DNA of 44,797 bases from a virus (lineage: Duplodnaviria > Heunggongvirae > Uroviricota > Caudoviricetes), in IMG/VR virus record IMGVR_UViG_2568526230_000010; one strand, given 5' to 3'. The notes beneath the pieces were generated by a model that did no database searches, had not been told where the DNA came from, and was given only the letters and a program-made list of their open reading frames with translations. The translations under genes were made by a program, and so were the position numbers. Shown here piece after piece: positions 35,215-43,084 of the stretch. Each line of letters starts with the position of its first letter. Within the stretch, counting starts at the first letter, position 1.

Positions 35215-35799
35215 ATGAAAAGTATCCAGGACGTCCGCAGGCAAAATCTCAACGACTTGATCGACCGTGAATTCAATGGTGTTCAGACGCGGATGGCAGA
35301 AAAACTTGGAACTCAGGCAAATCTGGTAAACCGCTGGGCTCTTGGCAAGAAGGTTATCGGCGACCAGGTTGCGCGAAAAATTGAAGCTGCCGCCAATAAA
35401 CCACGTAACTGGCTTGATATCGATCGCTCGCTTTCTCAGGAAGGTTTTCAGCCTGTCGGCCCAAGCGACATTGGTCAGCTGGCGGCTCACAACCTGGAAC
35501 GCTGGATGAGCGAAAGCCGCGACCTTTCAACTCAGGGAAAACTTCACCGCGCATCCGGCGTCGCCCAGGTGACAATCAGCCGCCTGTTAAACAATGAGGT
35601 CAGTGTTTCCATTTCCACCCTGGAGAATGTTGCATCAGCATTCGGGCGTCACGGCTATGAATTACTGATTCACCCGCACGACCCTGCGACCATCAACTAT
35701 GACCGCTCGCGCTACGCATTGTTACCCGAAACCGAGAAAGCAAAGATCGAAAGTTACATTGAATTTGTCATCAACCAGAACGAAAAAAACAAACAATAA
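35215..35799 (+). CDS. Prophage repressor candidate with two HTH (XRE-type) motifs and no S24 peptidase domain
   Basis: 194 aa; HTH-like segments near residues 20-45 and 105-135; no Ala-Gly cleavage site or Ser/Lys peptidase domain seen; own terminator downstream. Confidence 0.6.
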   Translation: MKSIQDVRRQNLNDLIDREFNGVQTRMAEKLGTQANLVNRWALGKKVIGDQVARKIEAAANKPRNWLDIDRSLSQEGFQPVGPSDIGQLAAHNLERWMSESRDLSTQGKLHRASGVAQVTISRLLNNEVSVSISTLENVASAFGRHGYELLIHPHDPATINYDRSRYALLPETEKAKIESYIEFVINQNEKNKQ

Positions 35800-35821
35800 A
35801 ATCATATTTTTCAGTAAGTAA

Positions 35822-35843
35822 GCCGCCTTCTGGCGGCTTTTTT
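35822..35843 (+). terminator. Rho-independent terminator
   Basis: GCCGCC-TTCT-GGCGGC followed by T6, after the repressor-like gene. Confidence 0.7.
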
Positions 35844-35856
35844 ATTGCCTATACTA

Positions 35857-35933
35857 TTACCTAATGGGTAATTTTTTTAACTCATATCTATTGACATCAA
35901 ACCAAATACGCATAATTATTACCTCAACGGTAA
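35857..35933. promoter_or_regulatory. Early promoter flanked by two operator-like palindromes
   Basis: TTACCTAATGGGTAA (35857-35871), -35 TTGACA (35891-35896), AT-rich -10 near 35912-35919, then TTACCTCAACGGTAA (35919-35933). Confidence 0.5.
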
Positions 35934-35952
35934 CAGACCGAGGTAACAAGTT

Positions 35953-36105
35953 ATGCAGTGGAAAATCATCAACGGTTGGTACTGCGTTACTGCATGCGGA
36001 TTCATGAGCTGGAAGTTCCGCACCTTACAGGAAGGCATTAAGTGGGCTTTCGTCAGCAAAGAAGCTCGCGATGTGGCCAACGATAACGAGATATGGGAGG
36101 GCTGA
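35953..36105 (+). CDS. Small hypothetical protein, first gene of the plus-strand early operon
   Basis: 50 aa, below the ORF-track cutoff; RBS GAGGTAA; Trp-rich. Confidence 0.35.
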   Translation: MQWKIINGWYCVTACGFMSWKFRTLQEGIKWAFVSKEARDVANDNEIWEG

Positions 36106-36107
36106 TA

Positions 36108-36407
36108 ATGAACGTTAATCAGCAGAAAAATCTTCAAAAAATCATGCTGGCATTCGACAAGGACTACCGCCTGTCAGAACAGCTATATGACCGACAAGTT
36201 GAACTGATCGAGAGCATCCGGCTTCATCAACTGGCCTCAACTTTCGACGCTGTAACAGGTAAAGGCGTTCGCCAGGAAGTACTGGAGGCCGCTAAAGACA
36301 GTCCAGAGTTCGAAGAACTGATGGATTCCTACCGGCGAGAGGCAATGGCAATTATCGCCCGCTGGGATCTGGCTGATCAGCTTGATGGGCAGAGGGACGC
36401 GGCATGA
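36108..36407 (+). CDS. Hypothetical early protein
   Basis: 99 aa from the ATG preceded by GGGAGGG (ORF track starts at 36093); 4-nt overlap with the next gene. Confidence 0.5.
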   Translation: MNVNQQKNLQKIMLAFDKDYRLSEQLYDRQVELIESIRLHQLASTFDAVTGKGVRQEVLEAAKDSPEFEELMDSYRREAMAIIARWDLADQLDGQRDAA

Positions 36408-37225
36408 AACCGGGAATTTATTTCGACATCAGCAACGAAGACTACCACGCCGGTGACGGCGTGAGTAAGTCGCAACTGGACATGGTTGCCAAGAATCCGG
36501 CGCTTCTTAAATGGGTTCAGGCAGCACCAGAAGACGAAGAGAAAAAGTCTGCACTGGATATGGGAACCGCATTGCACTGTCTGCTTCTGGAGCCTGGAGA
36601 GTTCGACAAACGCTTCATTGTTTCACCGAAATTCGAACGTCGGACGAAACAAGGTAAAGCTGACGAAGAGGCATTTCTTCGTGATATTGCGGATATGGGG
36701 ATTTCGGTACTTGATGCAGAGCAGTGGCGGAAACTGGAGCTGATGCGTGATAGCGCAATGGCTCACCCGGCGGCACGCTGGATGTTGGAAGCACCTGGTT
36801 ACTGCGAAGCATCAATGTACTGGAACGATGAAGAGACGGGGGAGTTGTGCCGAATTCGTCCAGACAAATGGCTGAACGAGCACAACGTGATCGTCGACGT
36901 GAAAAAGGTTGCAGATATGGACCGTTTTGCACGCCACATCGAGGAATTCCGCTACCACGTGCAGGACGCAATGTACCGCGAAGGCGCAATGAGGGTTACT
37001 GGTCAGCCGCATGGTTTTTTCTTTCTTGCCGTGAGCGAAAGCATTGATTGTGGTCGGTATCCGGTACGCGTGTTCGAGCTGGATGCGCCAGATGTCGATG
37101 CCGGGCACGCTCTGTTCCGCCGGGATCTGAATACCTATCACGAATGCCGCATCAACGATGAATGGGGCGGAGTGGAAATTATTAAACGCCCTGACTGGGC
37201 ACGTAAACAGGATATGTACGTATGA
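36404..37225 (+). CDS. RecE-like exonuclease, PD-(D/E)xK family
   Basis: N-terminus GIYFDISNEDYHAGDGVSKSQLD and the IVDVKKV motif are typical of exonuclease VIII-type nucleases; directly upstream of an annealase gene. Confidence 0.7.
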   Translation: MKPGIYFDISNEDYHAGDGVSKSQLDMVAKNPALLKWVQAAPEDEEKKSALDMGTALHCLLLEPGEFDKRFIVSPKFERRTKQGKADEEAFLRDIADMGISVLDAEQWRKLELMRDSAMAHPAARWMLEAPGYCEASMYWNDEETGELCRIRPDKWLNEHNVIVDVKKVADMDRFARHIEEFRYHVQDAMYREGAMRVTGQPHGFFFLAVSESIDCGRYPVRVFELDAPDVDAGHALFRRDLNTYHECRINDEWGGVEIIKRPDWARKQDMYV

Positions 37226-38103
37226 GCAATGATATCGCAATCACATCACAACCAGGCGCAACTGTAGGTACTGCTGCGGCAATCTTCAGCCCGGAGGGCA
37301 TGAATCAACTGGTGCGTTTCGCGGAGTTGATGTCACAAAGCAAAGCGACTGTACCGAAACATCTTGAAGGCAAACCTGCCGATTGCCTGGCGGTGACCAT
37401 GCAGGCGGCACAGTGGGGAATGAACCCTTTCGCCGTGGCGCAGAAAACGCATGTGGTAAACGGAACGTTAGGCTACGAAGCACAGTTGGTAAACGCGGTC
37501 GTATCCTCTTCCAGCCTGCTAGCGACACGCCTGAATTATCGCTGGAGCGGTGACTGGTCGAATGTTAACGGCAAAACAGATAAATCACCGAATCTGACGG
37601 TAACTGTGTCAGCAGTTCTTAAAGGAGAAGCAGAACCCCGTGAGCTTACCATCAGTATGGCGCAAGCCGGAGTGCGTAACTCTCCATTGTGGGAACAGGA
37701 TCCGCGCCAGCAGCTTGCCTATCTTTGCACGAAACGATGGGCTCGCCTGCACGCTCCTGATGTGCTTCTCGGTGTTTACACCCCTGACGAATTACAGGAA
37801 ACGGCACCGCGCGTTGAGCGAGACATTACTCCGCAAACGACTACTGCTGCGGGAATGAACAGTCTGATCAACGCTAAACCAGTGAAAAAGCATGATGAGC
37901 AAACGCGTAAAGCGGATAGCCGTGATCCAGAAGAAATGCTGATGGCCTTTACCAGCGCAGCGATGAATTACAGCACCGTCTCCGAACTGGATAAGGCTTA
38001 CAAATACATTGCACAAAAACTTTCAGATGATGACGAACTGCTGGCAAAAGCCACCGACGTTTACAGCGTTCGTCGGGAAGAATTAAACGAAACATCTATG
38101 TAA
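37222..38103 (+). CDS. Single-strand annealing protein (RecT/Red-beta family)
   Basis: Segments LAVTMQAAQWGMNPFA and SPLWEQDPRQQLAYLCTKRWARL parallel conserved Red-beta/RecT regions; coupled to the exonuclease. Confidence 0.7.
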   Translation: MSNDIAITSQPGATVGTAAAIFSPEGMNQLVRFAELMSQSKATVPKHLEGKPADCLAVTMQAAQWGMNPFAVAQKTHVVNGTLGYEAQLVNAVVSSSSLLATRLNYRWSGDWSNVNGKTDKSPNLTVTVSAVLKGEAEPRELTISMAQAGVRNSPLWEQDPRQQLAYLCTKRWARLHAPDVLLGVYTPDELQETAPRVERDITPQTTTAAGMNSLINAKPVKKHDEQTRKADSRDPEEMLMAFTSAAMNYSTVSELDKAYKYIAQKLSDDDELLAKATDVYSVRREELNETSM

Positions 38104-38152
38104 CCACCACCGCGGCGCCACGCGCGCCGCACTGCAACCAAGAGAGGTATTT

Positions 38153-38401
38153 ATGAAAGGTGCATTAGGTAAGAAGGAACTCCTGGCGGTGGTGCCACTG
38201 TCATGGAGCACTATCGACCGTATGGAGCGCGCAGGTGAATTTCCTAAACGCTGGTATATCACTGACAAACGCTGCGCATGGAACCGTGACGAAGTTGAGC
38301 GTTGGCTTGATGAACGTCAGGCAGCAAGCCCGGCAGAGTTCCAGGGTAAAAAACCTCCTGTTCAGCAACGTGTATATCGTCCCGTGAGCAACGCTGCATG
38401 A
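38153..38401 (+). CDS. AlpA-family DNA-binding protein (excisionase-like regulator)
   Basis: 82 aa; LSWSTIDRMERAGEFPKRWYITDKRCAWNRDEVERWL matches the AlpA/Xis-like family. Confidence 0.7.
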   Translation: MKGALGKKELLAVVPLSWSTIDRMERAGEFPKRWYITDKRCAWNRDEVERWLDERQAASPAEFQGKKPPVQQRVYRPVSNAA

Positions 38402-38510
38402 GTGCGCTGCTAAGGCACTGGATCAAATGGTCAGGATGGTACTTATTCCTGGCCTCTGTTTCAGCATGGCTTTATCTGCTGGCATTAATTTTCAGAGAGG
38501 GTTGGATTAA

Positions 38511-38783
38511 GTGAGAAAGTTAAGCCGACTTGAAAAATATCACATGAATAAGGTTTCAATGCGCAGTCCGTCAAAGATTGTCGCCGTTACTCCTGCGGCG
38601 ATAGAGATCGAAAAACGCGCGATTGAAAGAGAGAAAAAGGGCAGTTCCGCATTGCCGCTCACCTTTGGCTTCAGTGTATGGATGTTGCTTCTGGTGATGT
38701 TGAGCGTGCAAGGATCGCGGTTCGCAGGGACCAATGTATCACAAAAGGTAACGGCCTTCGCCGTGGAGACTATAGCGGTATAG
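38511..38783 (+). CDS. Hypothetical small protein with a C-terminal hydrophobic segment
   Basis: 90 aa; basic N-terminus then a hydrophobic stretch (FGFSVWMLLLVMLSV). Confidence 0.4.
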   Translation: MRKLSRLEKYHMNKVSMRSPSKIVAVTPAAIEIEKRAIEREKKGSSALPLTFGFSVWMLLLVMLSVQGSRFAGTNVSQKVTAFAVETIAV

Positions 38784-38801
38784 GATGTTGCGGGGTGGTT
38801 T

Positions 38802-39452
38802 ATGACTAAGAAATACACACTAATCTATGCAGATCCACCCTGGGTATACCGGGACAAAGCCGCAGATGGTAATCGCGGTGCCGGTTTTAAATATCCGGTT
38901 ATGAGTGTGCTGGATATCTGCCGCCTTCCTGTGTGGGATTTGGCCGATGAAAACTGTCTGTTGGCCATGTGGTGGGTGCCAACACAACCACTCGAAGCAC
39001 TAAAAGTTGTTGAAGCCTGGGGATTCCGTCTGATGACGATGAAGGGCTTCACGTGGATAAAATGTGGTAGTCGACAACCAGATAAACTGGTTATGGGTAT
39101 GGGACACATGACTCGCGCCAATAGTGAAGATTGCCTGTTTGCGGTAAAGGGAAAACTACCTACGCGCATTAATGCAGGGATCGTTCAGTCATTTACCGCA
39201 CCGCGGCTTGAGCATTCAAGAAAGCCAGATATCGTTCGTGAAAAACTTGTGCAATTATTAGGCGATGTTTCTCGCATTGAACTGTTCGCCCGCCAGACGT
39301 CTCATGGCTTCGATGTTTGGGGTAATCAGTGCGAAGACCCGGCAGTGCAACTACACCCTGGATACGCGTTGGATATTGGCGGATTAACAAATGCATTCAG
39401 CAATGCTCCGCTGTCACCAACAGACAACCAGGGGCGGGAGCGTGCTGCATGA
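38802..39452 (+). CDS. MT-A70-family DNA N6-adenine methyltransferase (orphan)
   Basis: 216 aa; catalytic DPPW motif in IYADPPWVY; no restriction endonuclease gene adjacent. Confidence 0.75.
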   Translation: MTKKYTLIYADPPWVYRDKAADGNRGAGFKYPVMSVLDICRLPVWDLADENCLLAMWWVPTQPLEALKVVEAWGFRLMTMKGFTWIKCGSRQPDKLVMGMGHMTRANSEDCLFAVKGKLPTRINAGIVQSFTAPRLEHSRKPDIVREKLVQLLGDVSRIELFARQTSHGFDVWGNQCEDPAVQLHPGYALDIGGLTNAFSNAPLSPTDNQGRERAA

Positions 39453-39643
39453 ACAGGGCATCACCAGCAGATTTAAGAAAATGCCTTGAAACTGCAAACA
39501 TGCTTGCACACAGCGGGATCAGGTTTGTTCCAATTCCCGCTGTCACTGATGCTGAATTTGCAACACTGTCAGCAATATTCGAAAACAAAATTGAATCACT
39601 GGCAGCAGAAGCAGAGATGGAAGAAAATCAGCAGAACTATTAA
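39449..39643 (+). CDS. Hypothetical small protein
   Basis: 64 aa; start forms an ATGA overlap with the methyltransferase stop. Confidence 0.45.
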   Translation: MNRASPADLRKCLETANMLAHSGIRFVPIPAVTDAEFATLSAIFENKIESLAAEAEMEENQQNY

Positions 39644-39646
39644 ACG

Positions 39647-40897
39647 TTATTCCCCCGCCATCCACTTCTCAAACTTCGACGGGGAGAACGGAATCAGATC
39701 CGTATGCTCCCCGTCAATCCATGAATCAATCATATCGGCCCACTGCTGCAACATGTAGGCGCGCTGTCTGGCGTATTCCGCTTTGTTATATACGGCGCGC
39801 ACACCTTTCTGCTCATGTGCCAGAGCCTTTTCAATCCAGTCTGAAGGATAACCAGCCTCATGCAACAACGTACTGGCTGTACGGCGCATATCATGTACAG
39901 TGAAGTCCTGAATATGCTCACCATCTTCATTTATTATTTTCACCGTTCTGTCGATCAGAGAGTTCAGCGCGGCATTAGATAATGGCTTCCGGAAATTGTA
40001 ACGACCAGGAACCAGATATTCACTTCCACCAGCGCACATCTGCAACCCGACCAATATATCCTGTGCCTGTTTAGGCAGGTAAATAACGTGCGCCCGGCTT
40101 CCCTTCATGCGGTCTGGAGGAATTGTCCATGTCCATTTTTTAAAATCTATTTCATCCCACGTTGCATTGGTGAATTCGCCCTTACGAACCATAGTGATAA
40201 GCACCAGTTTTAAAGCCATTTTCATAGTGCCCATAGCACCAATGGCATCCAGCGTGCGGAAGAACAGGCCAATTTCTTCTGGTGTCAGTGTTCGCTCTCG
40301 TGGTTTAAATATGGCGATAGACGAAGGTTTAATGTCAGCCGCAGGATTAAACAAACCATGACCACGGTCATTGGCGTGACGGTATACGCTACTGATGATC
40401 TCCCTGGCCTGCACTGCTGTTGCCCGGCCACCGCGTTCGACAATCCGGTCACACAAATCACGAACCATCGATGTGGTAATTTCAGCCATCATTTTATTGC
40501 CAAGAACCGGAAGTATGTCACGGTCGATCACCGCCTGTTTCATTGCGCGGGTACTGTCAGCCAGGATGACGTGTTTCATATAACTGTCGGTATGTACCGC
40601 AAACGTCTCGGCACCACGAATCTTTTTGATACCGTCACGTTTAGCCGCAGCCGGTGACTGGCCTGCTTTAAGCAGCTTCTTTGCAGCAATCAGTTCTTCT
40701 CGCGCTTCTGCCAGGCTGATACCGTCACGCCCATACTGCCCGATTACCAGTGTTTCGCGGCGACCGTTGATACGGTAGTCATAGCGAAACGAGACCGTGC
40801 CTGACGTAAGCACAGCTACATACAGCCCGTCACGATCGGAGACCTTGTACAGTTTGTCCTGCGGCTTGAGGTTTTTTAATTTTGTATCGGTAAGCAC
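39647..40897 (-). CDS. int: Tyrosine integrase (P4-type with N-terminal arm-binding domain)
   Basis: 416 aa; N-terminal DUF4102-like region (LYKVSDRDGLYVAVLTSGTVSFRYDYR) and C-terminal catalytic region with HDMRRT and a conserved Tyr; last gene before the inter-copy junction. Confidence 0.85.
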   Translation of the reverse strand: MLTDTKLKNLKPQDKLYKVSDRDGLYVAVLTSGTVSFRYDYRINGRRETLVIGQYGRDGISLAEAREELIAAKKLLKAGQSPAAAKRDGIKKIRGAETFAVHTDSYMKHVILADSTRAMKQAVIDRDILPVLGNKMMAEITTSMVRDLCDRIVERGGRATAVQAREIISSVYRHANDRGHGLFNPAADIKPSSIAIFKPRERTLTPEEIGLFFRTLDAIGAMGTMKMALKLVLITMVRKGEFTNATWDEIDFKKWTWTIPPDRMKGSRAHVIYLPKQAQDILVGLQMCAGGSEYLVPGRYNFRKPLSNAALNSLIDRTVKIINEDGEHIQDFTVHDMRRTASTLLHEAGYPSDWIEKALAHEQKGVRAVYNKAEYARQRAYMLQQWADMIDSWIDGEHTDLIPFSPSKFEKWMAGE

Positions 40898-41087
40898 AAT
40901 TCACCCGTATAGAAACCATTTTCATGACGGTATGAGAGTATACCTTTAAGGTAATACCGTCACCTGTACCGACGAAAAATATGGTGTAGAGTGAATAGAA
41001 ATGAATACATAAAAACAAAAACCCTCTGTAAAAACAGAGGGTTAAATTAGTATCTGAATAGGAATGAGTTGCTATGAGTTAGCTGTT
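40898..41087. other. attP-type P arm between the integrase and the second prophage copy
   Basis: Unique 190-bp segment carrying a terminator hairpin, an ATACCT-N3-AGGTAA site (40940-40954) and the ATACCGTCACC repeat (40954-40964); identity with the left junction resumes at 41088. Confidence 0.5.
41011..41043 (-). terminator. Terminator hairpin nearly identical to the host-flank terminator
   Basis: Stem AACCCTCTGT/ACAGAGGGTT identical to 1114-1137; loop AAAA instead of AGTA; U-tract only on the minus strand. Confidence 0.55.
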
Positions 41088-41214
41088 AATCATTCCCACT
41101 CAATTATTTACGGACACCATAACTAATTGAGTGATAACATTTTTCCAAAGATGAATTTTTCTCGTACCGTTTTATATACCGTCACCGGAAATCAGTACCA
41201 TGAAAAATGCCATG

Positions 41215-41697
41215 CTATCTGGTCAGTGTGTCGTACTGTTTTTCGCAGACTCTTCCGGCTTCGGCTGCCCGGTCAGCATACTCTGCCAGTTGTCTGTTTC
41301 TCTCGAGAGATTTGCTGAGCACGTCGGCAAGCAAAACTCCGGTGTCTGCGGCTGACGTCCCAGCGCCGACAATGGCGTTATACTGCCTGAGCTGCTCACG
41401 GATGGCAAAGAGTTGTTGCTGCAACCTGCCAGCGCGAGCGGCAGCATCAAGAGCATCGCTGCGCGCCTGCTCGATCCTCTGCTGCGCTTCACGTTCATTG
41501 GTCGCTTTCTCCTGTTCGTAGTGCTGACGAACTTTTTCTTCTTCGGCTTTGCGGTCTTCTTTCGCCTGCGCATACCCGGCGTCGTACTGACGACTGCCGT
41601 GTGCATTCCAGGCTACAACTCCTGATATGACCAGAACAGCAAGCATCGCCATGATAACCAACTGTTTCCAGTATGCTTTTACGAATGCCCAGATCAT
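41215..41697 (-). CDS. Rz-like spanin (copy 2)
   Basis: Protein identical to the 1289..1771 product. Confidence 0.75.
   Translation of the reverse strand: MIWAFVKAYWKQLVIMAMLAVLVISGVVAWNAHGSRQYDAGYAQAKEDRKAEEEKVRQHYEQEKATNEREAQQRIEQARSDALDAAARAGRLQQQLFAIREQLRQYNAIVGAGTSAADTGVLLADVLSKSLERNRQLAEYADRAAEAGRVCEKQYDTLTR
41223..41456 (-). CDS. Embedded Rz1-like lipoprotein spanin (copy 2)
   Basis: Identical to the 1297..1530 ORF. Confidence 0.55.
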   Translation of the reverse strand: MLLMLPLALAGCSNNSLPSVSSSGSITPLSALGRQPQTPEFCLPTCSANLSRETDNWQSMLTGQPKPEESAKNSTTH

Positions 41698-42323
41698 ACC
41701 GCTAGCGCCTTACTGGCAGTGATGTACCGAGCGCGCCGGTCGTCGATGCCGTTCCTGCCACCATTGATAATCAGAGTTACACGTGCAATATCGCCGGTAT
41801 ACTTCATGCAGCCTTTGCTGGAGAAAAACCACGCCGCGCTACGAGCTGCATATTCGTCCTGCGCCAGCAGTTCAGGATTCTCCAGCAGGTCCACTTTCAG
41901 GCCGTTTCCGCAGTCACGATAGTTATTCAAACCGGTAATCTGGATAAGTCCGCGCCCACGGTAATTCCATCCATCGCCTGGGGCATTGTTACCCATGCGT
42001 TTGCTGTACACCAGATTTGCGATCGCGCGCTGGCGCTCGAGTTGCAATGGTGGTTCACCAGCACGGCGACCCAGTGCGTTGGCCTGTCCCTGAGTGAGAC
42101 GTCCTGCCCGAACAAAGTTAGCCAGTCCTGTGACACTGTAGTTGAAATTCTCCTGCAACCTGGTGAAGCCACCAGACTCATGCCCGACTTGAGCAATAAA
42201 CATTGCCTGATCTTCTGCTTTGCTGATACCAAACTCTTTCATTGCAGAAGTTATATGCGAGAACCAGCGTGCGGCCAGCGCCTCGCTAATACCAGCAGCT
42301 CGCTGGAATTGTTTAATCTCCAT
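41694..42323 (-). CDS. GH19 endolysin (copy 2)
   Basis: Protein identical to the 1768..2397 product. Confidence 0.8.
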   Translation of the reverse strand: MEIKQFQRAAGISEALAARWFSHITSAMKEFGISKAEDQAMFIAQVGHESGGFTRLQENFNYSVTGLANFVRAGRLTQGQANALGRRAGEPPLQLERQRAIANLVYSKRMGNNAPGDGWNYRGRGLIQITGLNNYRDCGNGLKVDLLENPELLAQDEYAARSAAWFFSSKGCMKYTGDIARVTLIINGGRNGIDDRRARYITASKALAV

Positions 42324-42621
42324 GTTTAGACCTCGTTATCTTGAAAATCTGAACGACGTTACCGCGAGTTTTAAGAACCGCAGCAAGCATGACAGCGTTG
42401 ATAATGACCTCAGATAAATCCACAGCCATTGGCGTGCGTAACCAGATTGCATAGGCGACTCGAACAGGAATACTGGCCGCAGCAACAATCAGGAAATAAG
42501 CAAGCCATCCTCCCCACCTTCGATGTTGAGAGCCGTTACGCCGGAATGTGACAACGCGAATTGCTATGCCAGTGCAAATAACTGCATTGGTGATAAGCAA
42601 AAAAAACTCATGCGTTACCAT
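42313..42621 (-). CDS. Holin-like membrane protein (copy 2)
   Basis: Identical to 2387..2695. Confidence 0.5.
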   Translation of the reverse strand: MVTHEFFLLITNAVICTGIAIRVVTFRRNGSQHRRWGGWLAYFLIVAAASIPVRVAYAIWLRTPMAVDLSEVIINAVMLAAVLKTRGNVVQIFKITRSKHGD

Positions 42622-43012
42622 CGTCTTTTCTCCCCGGAATTAACTCGCGTGGATTATCGGAACGGTGATAGAGCCATATACCAATACGCACAGCGACAAT
42701 TGCTGACACAAATGCGCCTGCAGAGAAAACAATCCCTTTTTCAAAAGAGTCCTGCGTGATGGTAGGGATCAGGCTGGCTATGCCGATAAGAATTGATGCT
42801 GCTGGTTTGTAAAAGAGAAGGCCGCAAAGAAAGCTGAGCATCGACAGGAGCACCCGGCGACGGATGGGGTACTCTACTGCAGAGGTAACAAAAATTACCG
42901 CCCCAGCCAAAGCCCCTAAAGCAACCTCCGGAGGGACACCTGCAATAACCGCAGCAAGAGAACTAACACTAAGCCACTGATTTGAAGTTTCATTGGTTAG
43001 TTGGAATGACAT
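42608..43012 (-). CDS. Holin/antiholin-like membrane protein (copy 2)
   Basis: Identical to 2682..3086. Confidence 0.5.
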   Translation of the reverse strand: MSFQLTNETSNQWLSVSSLAAVIAGVPPEVALGALAGAVIFVTSAVEYPIRRRVLLSMLSFLCGLLFYKPAASILIGIASLIPTITQDSFEKGIVFSAGAFVSAIVAVRIGIWLYHRSDNPRELIPGRKDDGNA

Positions 43013-43084
43013 AACGAAACCCGTTTATTTGCAAACACCCTGCTTCAGGAAAAGTATACCGCGCAACAACACACCATTTACGGT

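Larger units (their letters stand above)
1162..41087. mobile_element. Complete temperate podovirus prophage unit (epsilon15-like layout), copy 1 of a tandem pair
   Basis: Sequence from 1162 is identical to sequence from 41088 (period 39,926 bp); unit runs from lysis/tailspike genes through the structural, replication and recombination modules to a P4-type integrase at its right end; host-like genes only to the left of 1162. Confidence 0.75.

Noticed and set aside
35215-35799. LexA/CI-type self-cleaving repressor
   Set aside because: No Ala-Gly cleavage site or Ser/Lys peptidase domain could be recognised; the protein looks like a dual-HTH regulator, so antirepressor-mediated induction is more likely.
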